A stretch of 63,311 nt of DNA, filler included, from Phoronis australis (Eukaryota > Animalia > Phoronida), in NCBI GenBank assembly GCA_002633005.1. It is 10 parts of 10 records of this genome, joined end to end, with 100 filler letters (N's around TTAATTAATTAA, not from the genome) between each part and the next. Parts side by side here need not be neighbours in the genome. Positions count along the whole stretch, not along the records: positions 49,607 to 53,319 come from NMRA01002877.1; positions 53,420 to 58,860 come from NMRA01002337.1; positions 58,961 to 61,840 come from NMRA01003346.1; positions 61,941 to 63,311 come from NMRA01003928.1; 6 more parts are not named here. One strand, given 5' to 3'. Positions 52,632-63,311 of the stretch are shown piece after piece. Positions within the stretch are counted from its first letter, which is position 1. Each line of letters begins with the position of its first letter. The position numbers and the translations under genes are program-made. The notes below the pieces were generated by a model. It was not told the origin of the DNA. It saw only the letters and a list, made by a program, of their open reading frames with translations, and searched no databases.

Positions 52632-52879
52632 CAGGTCTTGGAATTTTCCTCTTTTAAGAGGATTTCCTCTTTTTTGGTTTCAATTTCCTTGTATTTGATT
52701 TTCAATTTATTTTCTTTTTGTCTTTTTTATCATTATTTTGACTTTATTCATGCAAAAACGTCTAGTCCAGTTAAATTTTTCCGCACAAAATTTTTTCTAT
52801 CACCCAAGTCTATTTATTTGTGAAACGATACATCACATGGAAAATTTTCTCTTTTTATCATTAGTCATTCCAAGCCCTG
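52632..52879. mobile_element. Older, AT-eroded copy of the same hAT-like MITE family
   Basis: CAGGTCTTGGAATTTTCC...TCATTCCAAGCCCTG; no recognisable TSD. Confidence 0.7.
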
Positions 52880-53419
52880 AGTTGTTGGTTAAATCATAGA
52901 CAGAAGTACTTGGACTGCCAACTCTGTATTCTCAGTAGACAAAATCTGTGATGATATGCATAAGCCATAGCCAACACTACTGATCGCGAAGTCATTATTC
53001 ACTAGTGACGTCTGGTGAGAGTCATGGTTTTACGTCTGCTCAATAACTGGAAAGTGACACCTCTTCTGGGAATTCCATATGATAATGTCGGACCTGCAAA
53101 TCTGTTATGTATGATCTATGGTTAAATTTAGTAAAATTTAAAGTCAGTTTATTGCAAAATCTTACTTCACATCCTTTTGAAAATTTAGTGTTTTGATAAT
53201 TTAGAGAACTTCCCTCATAAACCGCAAAATGCCTGTAGAGAAAAGAAAGAGACCAAGGTAATGGCGGTAGTCTTGGTTACCAGGTTCGAAATAACTGCAA
53301 GGTTATGATTAGCGTGGCTNNNNNNNNNNNNNNNNNNNNNNNNNNNNNNNNNNNNNNNNNNNNTTAATTAATTAANNNNNNNNNNNNNNNNNNNNNNNNN
53401 NNNNNNNNNNNNNNNNNNN

Positions 53420-56400
53420 CGATCGGTGTAGACGTGTTCTTGGCGCCACAGGTTCGCCTACGTTTAAGAAGATTGTCCCGCATTCTTTGCAGGGGTAGGG
53501 CCGTTCCTTCACTCGCGGAAACGCTGGGACCCGTTCTGCCGGTGTCTCTGACTGGCAGACTTACCACCTCTTCCGAACGCGGATGAAGCTCTCTGTAAAG
53601 AAACAACAAAATGGCGTCCAAATTATGGGGACGAGAAACTTCGCCATGGGGCTCCATCGGGATCCTCCCTCACCTTGCCAAGTACACCATTATCCACAGC
53701 GTGGTTCAATCCAGGGTTAGACCTCAAGCGCTAAAAGTATATCCTCGACATAATGTTTAGGCTTTTTAATAACTCTGTCTCCCCTGTTCTTAATAGGAGT
53801 CGCGGCTACATCTTCAATATCCTCGGGGCCGCAGAAATCATTTGGAGGTGAGGAGCCTTGCCATCTTGCCCTTCTTGCTCCATCACTTACAGCATAACCC
53901 GAGGGTTCATGCACCCCTGCAGATTGGCTGTAGATGCGTTCTTCACCGCTGTCCTCTGCGTTGTAGTCAATTCCACCCTCGCACGGTTTCAAGTGCTCGA
54001 CATGCCAGCCCTTCTACATATCTAGTACATGACGCACTGACCCTTAAACGGATGTAGTAGTGGCCCGGCCAGCCAAGCCCCAACTCAGTTCTGGTTCGCA
54101 GTCGGAAAACGAGATCACCTTCTTCAAAATGGCGGAAATTCTCTCTCCTGTAGTAATATTTCTTTTGGCGCCGAAAGCTGCCTCCCATATTATTTCTGGC
54201 AGTTTCCCATGCCAACTCAAAAGCGTCGCCCAGCCATTCAACGTAATCTGGTAAGCAGGAATCCAAGCGCCATCCTTCATTACGTCCACATGTAGAGACA
54301 CCTTCCTACCAAATATCATGCGGTAAGGTGAGAGACCGCTGATGTCATGGACGGCAGCGCGGTAAGCCATAAGCACGTAGGGTAGACGGTCATCCCAATC
54401 GCGCCTCTGTTCGTCCACGAAGATGACCAACCTTCGTTGGAGTGTGAGGTTGAACCTTTCCACCATGCCACCCGATTGGAGTGTGTAGGGGGTAATCTAA
54501 GTCTTCTTTATACCTCTAAGCTTCCCCCAGAGCTCGACGAACAATTTACTTTCGAACTCCTTCCCCTGGTCGGTGTGGAGATACTGAGGAACGGCAAATC
54601 GAGCAACAAACTCCGTCATTAGCTTGTCAGCTACCTTAAGTGCGGTATGACTAGGGATAGCATCCTGCTCGCTTAGGCGATCTTGCACCTGTGATAAGAC
54701 GCCGGAAATCCCGTGGCCGACGCGTCAGTATCGAGAATGAACCTGCCTACCAGCTTAGGAACACACGCCTCCTGATAGGAATTATCTCAAACAAAACAGC
54801 GATTTTCGTCGTTCATTTCGTCAAGGGAGCAGCTACAGTTAAAACGCCTTAATGAACTATCTGTAATACGATGGCAAGCACAGGAAACTGCGTATGTCGG
54901 GATGTGACTAGGCAGTGACTGCCTGTACCTTGCCTGAATCGCATGCCACGCCAGACTCTGAAACTATATACCCCAGGAAATTAACCTGGCGACAGGGCAC
55001 ACCACACCTTTTGGTTTTAATCTCAATCCCGCATCCCTAAGACGCTGGAATGCCAGACGCAAATCAAAAGATTCAGAATAGACCAAAACATCGTCAACAT
55101 TTTTCTGTAATCCACACAAAACCAATAGTCTCCTGGACCACGCTTCTTCACGAGTACCACACTTGAACTCCAGTGAGGCTCAGTTGGTTCAATAACCCTA
55201 ACCGCTAATATTTATTGACCTCCGCGTCCACAATTACCCACTGGGTCAACGGAACCCTTCTAAGATGCGACTTCAAAAGCTCACTGTTCCCAGTATCCAC
55301 GCTGTGTACCACAAGAATGTGTTTTCCGCTAAATTCCGCTACCAGGGTTCTAACCCTCCTTGTCTGTTAATTCAGGGGTCACATTCTCGGCATTCCGAGC
55401 CATCATCGGTTCCAAGTGCTGCTACTACCTTCTCCACTGACAGACTCTCTCTCGGGAACGGACCGCAGAATAAGAACATCGCAAAGTGCCTTCTTCTCCG
55501 ACAAAAGATTGATCGACTTCTCACAGAGTTGCAAAACGTCACCCCCGGGGTTGAACTCAAATTACAAAAATTGTTTCTCAAAAAGTCTAAACCAAGAATC
55601 ACCTGAAGATTAACGTCGGTGACAACAAATCACTGCCTCAGTCGCAAGCCTGCTGCATCGAAATCAGCCACCACGCAGCTGTAGACCTAATCATTAATAC
55701 TCGCCCCACTGGCACCTGACAGGGAAATTAGAATGAGTTTTAAGCAACTACTCAACTCGAAAACATCTCTGGAGTTTAAGGAACAAGGTTAACCGCCGTC
55801 TATCAAAGCGGGAAATTTTCTTCCAAACAAATTGACAAAAAACAAACGGACATTCTACAAACCCGGTCGAGGCCTTGGCCGCAGACTCGAACGGTTACCC
55901 TTAACTTTTTGCATGATTCTGACTGTTCCTCTTCTAGCTTTTCCTGGGGACATTTCCTGGCGATGTGTCCCTTTTGCTCTCAGTTGCAGCAACGGATTGG
56001 TCCTCGGGGATTGCGGTCGACGAGCTGACAGTGAACTATCGCCAATGTCCTGTTAATCTCAGCCATCTCATCATGGTCCGGCCTGTCAATTCCACGGACA
56101 ACGGACTATTGAACTGAACTGCACGTGTATCCGCAGTGCCTGGTCGTTGAGACCATTGATCAACAACCAAAACTTCATGGGCGTCATTAGTTTACTCAGG
56201 GAACGCCAATGACGCTAGCCATTTCAGGCTAAAATCGCAGTCCGAAATAGTTTCAGTTTTCCCCCTCGCTCTGCCTCGGAATTCGCACCTGTGCGCGGCG
56301 ACTAGTCTTACGCCGCTTTCAGCTTGGCACATTTTCTCCGACACTTCATCGTCGAGATCTCCTACGCCTGCACACAAGACCGACCACCACAGACACATGA

Positions 56401-56560
56401 CCTGCTGAATGGCTGACTCCTGCTCGTCCCTACCATTTCATCTGCAATTTTTCTCAAATTGGCCATTCGCATGATTTGCCGTCGAAATGTTGTATTGCAC
56501 TCATTCTTTGTGTTTCGGTGGAGCGAGCTAACGTGTGTTGTTGTTTTTTTTTTTGGCCGT
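53420..56560 (-). mobile_element. Decayed Ty3/Gypsy LTR retrotransposon internal region (gag, protease, RT, integrase)
   Basis: gag-like RGRARGKTETI...LASLAFP (~56200-56290); protease ALIDGG and ILGLDFL (~55575-55810); RT WSSSVVLVKK..FCVDYRK, VDDVLVYS, VNFLGYIVS, SYYR (~54770-55195); integrase LHTDQGKEFES, GMVERFNLTL, DWDDRLPYVLMAYR (~53970-54690); many stops and frameshifts. Confidence 0.92.
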
Positions 56561-57657
56561 TGAATCCAGTTCTCCCCTGTCAGTCTGATTTAGAGTGGCC
56601 TGTTGCATATGGACAAATGACAACACTCTAGCACAAGAGATCTGTTGCGTGGACAGTCAATGTATGGCATTTCGGGGAAGCGCTCTCGGTCATCATCCAC
56701 GGAAACGATTTCAGGCAGAGGATCCGGCTCAACGTGATTTTCTGCCACCATAAACGAGAGAGTAAACCAACTAGACACATTTGACAAGAAGCAGGCCATT
56801 TTGGATAATGTACTTTGATGAAATCAGCAAAGTATAGAACGGACGAGCAATCACTATCCGACGAGTGGTTTCAATTGACGAGGTCAACTGGTGTTACCGT
56901 AAGGGCAAGACGCGGATCTCATACGACAACGGTAGTGCCAAACCCAGACGATCAGTTTTCAAAACCAGATCAGTACAAGACAACGGCTAAACATTACATC
57001 AACAGATTTAGCAAATTGTATAGTTTTACGAAGTCAAAAAGTGGACTACATTTACAGAATGGAGTATATTTTTAATGACTGAAGTGAAGTGAACCACTGA
57101 AGGGGGGTTTCCCGAAAATGATCTCATATCTGTTTCTGTATTAACATGACAGCTGGCGGTCATCGTCGGAAATCGTGTATTCTTTTATTCATACCTACTG
57201 TCGTACTGACGTAAAATTTCGGTTCAACCTTTGATGAATTTGTGACGGTTTTATAGGGTTGACTTTCTCTCAAGAGAGGAGACCGTCTGAAAGAGGCCCG
57301 TCATTATGACATGCTGTATAATTAAACAATGGGAAATGACTAGCAGTCATCGTGTGACCCTCCAATCAATGGCCTTCCTTAACATAAAACTTCCAACGAT
57401 TTCACAAAAACAGAAAAAAAGAGAGAGGCAATATTGATTTTATCTTTGGTGACCACTGCGTGAGCGGCCCCTTAAAAAGAAAAGAGTGAAAATAAGTACA
57501 GAAAAGGGTGATACAATTTACGAAACTCCAATATAGGGACTGAACCTCCTAAATATGACATGATGTGTAGTTCCAAGAACAGAAAATGAACTGCAGTTGA
57601 TGCTTTTTAACTCTGCGGAATCTACCGAGCAACACTCGGTGAGTGACTAGTGCATTA

Positions 57658-58100
57658 AGCTAGTGCAGACGATGCGATTTTTTAGTCCGGAGGCCTCGCG
57701 AGTCACGATTTCTTGTCGGTGACAAATTGTCGTGTCATTGGTCGAGAACCAGCGCACACGAAACCGTTTTGTCGACGTAACTGTCGGCGACAAAATCTTA
57801 AGTTGTCGGGAAATCAAACGTGTCTTGGATAGTGTCATGTGTGCTTATCGTGCCGAGTTCAAAAGGAATTCATATTTGATCGGGGAAACGGAAATTCGAG
57901 CATTACAGAAATGTACGCCTGAGGTGGACGTGACAAGTGTGCGCTATGTCGTATACCATTTCATCATCCTATTGTAGGTGTATTGATTATTTTAATAACA
58001 GAGTAGGAGACCGGTGCCAGGTACTTTGGTCACGAATGTCGTGTGCACTGATTCAAGTGGCATACGGGGTCTCTCAAAATCTCGTCGTGTACACTGAGCT
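57658..58100. mobile_element. Harbinger-like MITE
   Basis: Imperfect TIRs AGCTAGTGCAGACGATGCGATTTT and AAAATCTCGTCGTGTACACTGAGCT. Confidence 0.5.
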
Positions 58101-58960
58101 GTCTGCCTAGCACTACAAAGAAGTGTTGCAATTCCGTAAAAACGTAACCGCTGACGTGCAAAGGGTAACTGAACCCGATACATGATACGCTTCATTTGGT
58201 AGAACCTTAAGCAATCCCTTAACAACCCTCACCAAGGGCTCTTACCAAATACGAGCCCGACACACTAGGTGCTATTAGTAAGCTGTCTGTCCACGTGGCA
58301 TTGGTGCTGAAGCAAACGGCTTCCGTTGATCGCACGAAATACTTGATAGCTATTAGAACGGTGATGAAGACTGTTACCAAAAAGCCTAAAAAGCTGGAAA
58401 ATCAAACTGAAAACAATTACAAACAGAAGGTGGAAGGATTCTGGAAGAAGTGAGAAGATACACAGGTTATGAAAACTAAACTTGTAACCCAAAACTTAAT
58501 ACGTGCCTCTCGTTGAAAACTGACTTCGAAATGAAAAATCCTACATTTGACTTGACATTCATTTTACTGTGACTTGACAGGGAAATCTTCAATGCTCTGA
58601 CCATAACTTGATGTTGATAGAGAAAGCAGGACATATCCTTGTATAGGCTGTATTTATGATGGCACGATCTCATGTAGGGGCTACCATTCACTTACATGTT
58701 ACACATAGCAACTGAAGGCAATACGCAATTTCTTATCTTTATAACACTTGTAACCTTCATTAGACGATAAGAAAACCCAACACTCTTACCTGCTATGCTT
58801 CAGTGCTTTGATTTCTCGCAGTAGACACATGGGTAAAATAATTATAAATCCTAATATGGTNNNNNNNNNNNNNNNNNNNNNNNNNNNNNNNNNNNNNNNN
58901 NNNNTTAATTAATTAANNNNNNNNNNNNNNNNNNNNNNNNNNNNNNNNNNNNNNNNNNNN

Positions 58961-60560
58961 AATTTTATTTTTTTACGCTTACATACTTCTGTATATTTAG
59001 TGGTTCTCAAATGATTTTCATAAAATTTGGCAGTTGTGCATGATTACTGCGATGATATTATCCTCCCATTTTTGGATGGATTCAAGGTATTATTTTGCTC
59101 CACCTTGTGGCCATTTTTTGCTGTTTTCGAGTCTGATTTTTGTCTTGTGCCCCTCTGTCAACCAAACCACTCGAAGGATAATTGTGAAAATTGGCATATA
59201 TGTTCCTACTGCGAAGAAAACAGCTGGCGACAATTTTCCAACAACTTGAAATACTGTGGCGTCTCCTAGTGGCAGTTTTGTTTGTTTTTACACCCATGGC
59301 TGTATCTCCTAAAAGCTCTACTGGATCGTTATTAGAATTAGCAGATGTATTTGGTGGACGACTGAAAACTGCGAGTTTCGGACGGACAGATCGTACCCTA
59401 GTGGCAATTTAATTTTTTACGTTTACTTCTTTGTATCTTCGAAAGTCATCAACAAATTTCCAAAATTTGTGGTGGAGGACATCTATTCGTAAAGATAATG
59501 CCATCTATTCATTTTCGGATTGATTCAACGTGTTTTGCTCCACCTAATGGCAATTTCTATTGTTTTCGACTCTGCTTTTGGCGTCCATCCCACTGTCAAC
59601 AAATCATTGTAAGGATGTTTGTGGAAATTGGGGTGTGTGTTCCTTCTATGAAGAGGAAGGCTGCGATGATTTTCTGACAACCTGGGCTACTCTGGTGCAT
59701 CCTAGTGACAGTTTTGTTTCATTGACGCCCATGGCTGTATTTCCCATACTCTCTGCAGGATATTTAATGAAGCAAGAATATAAATATGAAATTAAAAATG
59801 GACAGCGACTACATGTACTTTCAGATGAATCCAGCAAATGCTGTGTTCCTTAGTCTGTTTTCTTCTTTTTTTCTCTAATTCAAGCTCCAAATTTTTATGA
59901 AATTTTGTAAATAGCTTTCTATTGAAACAATGACGTATTCCTGTGTTCAGTTGTATTTGACGTATTTTGCACCATTCAGTGGCCATTTTAACACTTTTGT
60001 AGTCTTGTTTTCTGCATCTGCCCCTCTACCAACCAAATCACTCTAAGTATGATATTGTGAAAATTGACATCTTTGTTCTCAGTGTGAAGAGGACAGTTTA
60101 CGATGATTTTTCCAACGATGTCTACTGCTGTTGTGCCTCCTAGTGGCAGTTATGTTTTTTGGCCCCATAGCCCCTTAGTGGCAGTTTTTTCCTGCTTCCT
60201 CTGTTTCTCTGAAGTTCCTTGACGGATTTTTATGATGTTTGATCAATAGTTTTGTATTAAAGAAGAGTCTATGACAAGTTCCCATTGGTGAATTTTCGTA
60301 AAGATTGACAGTGATATTTCTTAACGAGGGCTTGACAAGTGTTACCTTGTTTAAACGAATTCAGTGTATCTTGTGATCCCCCTGGTCAGTGGTGGTTATA
60401 TTTTCATGATTTTTGCATAGATCTCTTTTTGTCGTCTGTCTATCCGCCAGTTAGGCTTGAAGGATAATTATGAAATTTTACCAATGTACAGTTACTAAAT
60501 AATTAAAGACAATCACCACTGAAGTACTGTTTCTTACAGGTCCAACTACCCCTACTGGTA
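58961..60560. repeat. Diverged ~435-bp tandem repeat, about 3.5-4 units
   Basis: TTTTGC(T)CCAC..TGGC blocks at ~59093, ~59534 and ~59965, with a weaker one at ~60370; shared TCAACCAAA, TGTGAAAATTG, CCTAGTGGCAG and CCCATGGC blocks. Confidence 0.75.
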
Positions 60561-63148
60561 ATTTTGTTTTTATCTCTGGATCTCGTTATTGACATCAAGG
60601 TCCTTGATGGATTGCTTGGCATATGTTTAGGAGAGATCACCTCACATCGATTTTGGGAGAATTCTGTCTACTGCGGTGACCCATAATCCTAATTTAGGTT
60701 TTCTTTGTTTACGGCTGGTTCTTGAAATTTTGCAAACTGATTTGATTTATTCTGTGCCTCCATAATGCACTTCATTTTGTTCACCGATGTGTAGCTAGGA
60801 AGTTAGGATGCCCTGACCCTTTTAGAGAGTGAACCTGATATTGGAATCAACTAATCTGTCGTTTCCATGTTACAAAATCTCTCATTTTTCGAGCTGTATA
60901 TGTAAGAAACCCTTTTGTACTGAGATGTTATTTCAATTAAGTTGTGGTAATTACTAAGAATGAGCATACAAAATTTCAATGTAATCATTTTAAGTAATAG
61001 TATTATGCCATATTCCTCTATAAAAATTAATGTTCAGTGCAGAAATGCTGCTTCATTTTGAACATGGTTTTTGCAATGCAGCATGTCAAGTTGTCATTAA
61101 GCTTTTCGAAACTCAAAAAACACTCTTGAAGACAATGGCAGAAATACATTTCTGTGTAAAATTAATGGAAGAGTCACCCAAGCCATAACTTCAAAAGTGT
61201 GTCCTTTTCACTCTGGGAAATCAGTTGGAAAAAGCACCCTCTGTAGGGAAGTGGCTGTGACCCACACGACTGATAAAACATCACATGTGACATACTTTTA
61301 TTGAAGAACATCCCAAGTTAATACAGATTAAGACAACGGTGGTATGTGATAAGGGAGAGACCGTTCTCAATTAATCACTGAGCGTGTAATACTGGAGCTT
61401 TCATTTAGGGTAAAAACAATACTTTATGGCATGCGAGTTTCTTTATAGTGGGAAAGATTATGTTCGCCACAGAAGTTTCAGTGAGTTCGTGAACCTAAAG
61501 CCACATATAACCTGGTTCAGTTGATGGAAATACAACTGATAAGTAGAAACTCCTATTTAATTTTATAAAGTATGTAATTACTGAGCTATGATATTTCAAT
61601 CTTCTTTCCTCTGTTTTTTTGTTTTTATCGGATTGGTTGCTGTGTACTGTCACCCTATGCTGGCTTTGTTTACATAGTTGGCATGATTGAAAGGGGATTT
61701 GTTGTTTATATTTTCATGAAAACATAATTATCTGGATAAAAAAAATCGGTGTAGCTACTCGTGTATTGGTGACCGTTTTTCATAATTATATTTTGCAGTG
61801 ATGATCCAGATGCCGTTGAAGAGATCAAGAGTTTACCTGANNNNNNNNNNNNNNNNNNNNNNNNNNNNNNNNNNNNNNNNNNNNTTAATTAATTAANNNN
61901 NNNNNNNNNNNNNNNNNNNNNNNNNNNNNNNNNNNNNNNNTGAAAAACTCATTTCGGAAATATTTATTCTTGGTCGAAAATGGCGGGCCGTCCGAAAATC
62001 ACGCGACTTTACCGTATTTTGTGAGTCTCTTAAAAATAGTCCAGAAAGAAACAATTAAGATCAAGAGAAGCAGAAGAAATGAAGCTGAGTTATCAAAAGC
62101 AGTTTAGTGCTCGTTTGGCATTGACTTTGATGCTCACTAATACAAGATAACATCATGCTTTTCTGGTCTGAAAATGCCCTATCTGGTTACACTTGAAGAT
62201 GAATCTACAATGAGATATGGTAAAACAATACGAGTTAGTGTTGACTTACAAGGTAAATGTATCAATGCAGGTATGTTTTTTTCTAATGTGTTAACGATCT
62301 TTCTCCATCAGATTTTGATTTGCAAGGTCACTGTTTCCACAACATTAGGCGATACTTGTTAATGTTTTATGTATCCTCTCTCCATATTATTTACACATAA
62401 TAACCTCATGGAGGTAAAAACATCGAAAGTGATATTTTATGAATTGTACAGTCTGGGATATAATCTCACAAAATCACATTGTTCTAACAATTATCAACTA
62501 GTGGTTCGAGACTAGAAACACCACCAGTGCTATTTTCTATGTAGTGGGTGAATTAAAACACGGGAACCGAGAAGTATTCTAAAACATGAGCACCAGGAAA
62601 TGATTTTACTGACAACATAATGATGTTTCAGGCAATTCCTGGCATTCCTGGAATCTCAAAATTTGCTTTGCAATGGGTAGAAGTCAGAAAAGGGACAGAG
62701 TTGACTCTCAAGTACAGAGGACAAAAGTGTTGAGTTCCACCAATAAACCCAACCAGATGAACAGCTCCAACACAGAGCAGATATCAAGAATTGTTCAACA
62801 AAGCTGGGGTACCGACACAGAGAACAGATTTATGGTTCTCAAAATACAGACTCTTGTAAGTGACTATTACCACCAGAAATTGTGTTCAATTTGAACAATT
62901 CACAATACAGTAGTTGAATGGGAAGTGCTCCACTTGTGGAGTGTGCATAGGACGAAAGAGATTCAGCTGGGAAGTCTGAAAAACCGTTCGTATGTTCTCT
63001 GCAACACTTTCCTAACTAGTGTGATGCTTTTTAAAAAAATTAGAGTTCCTGAAACAGCTTTGTTTTCGCCAGCGAAGGTGCAAAAGTAAATCTAGTACAG
63101 ACTGCTCCTTCACGGGTGAGGAACAACATGAGCGCCGGTCCTCTAAAT

Positions 63149-63285
63149 CGGACTGACTCACCCAAAACAGGACCTCCGGGGATCAAATGGGACCGTCGCA
63201 CCAGAAAATGGGACTGACGCACCTAAAAACATGACTGCCCCACCACAAAAACAGGACTGGCGGGGACTGAACGTGACTGCCGGAC
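63149..63285. repeat. Array of ~20-21-bp degenerate repeats (GGGACTGACGCACC..AAAA), probably transposon subterminal repeats
   Basis: About six GGACT/GGACC-headed units ending in A-runs. Confidence 0.55.
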
Positions 63286-63311
63286 AATATGCGGTTTCAA
63301 TCCCCGGCGGT

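Noticed and set aside
56560-57500. LTR and primer-binding site of the Gypsy element
   Set aside because: No second LTR in the scaffold and no convincing TG..CA boundary or PBS
63149-63285. CRISPR-like short repeat array
   Set aside because: Repeats are degenerate, have no unique 30-40-bp spacers or cas genes, and the context is eukaryotic

Overview
AT-rich animal nuclear DNA with GT-AG introns, probably from a marine invertebrate (the MRPL47 peptide looks lophotrochozoan-like; this is an inference). The window is not one locus. Ten unrelated scaffolds are joined by nine identical 100-bp artificial linkers (44 N + TTAATTAATTAA + 44 N), and there is one 943-N gap and four single-N joins. Scaffold 1 (1-23913) carries most of a minus-strand Tie-like receptor tyrosine kinase gene. 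Its exons splice in frame into: EGF-like repeat, six FN3 domains, a membrane-proximal domain with a furin site that resembles receptor tyrosine phosphatases (RPTPs), a TM helix and a kinase with intact catalytic motifs. The introns of this gene hold a young Tx1/L1 LINE, a perfect 1066-bp palindrome (probably a fold-back artefact) around a tRNA-derived SINE head, a Helentron-type non-autonomous element and a probable uncollapsed second haplotype. Other scaffolds carry exons of IFT56/TTC26 and MRPL47, two Kolobok-like transposon pieces, a deleted Ty3/Gypsy element, several MITEs and a ~435-bp tandem repeat rich in CTCF-like motifs. I see no prokaryotic, CRISPR or viral system. The best novelty candidate is the kinase with a phosphatase-type cleavable ectodomain. 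All coordinates and translations were derived by eye.
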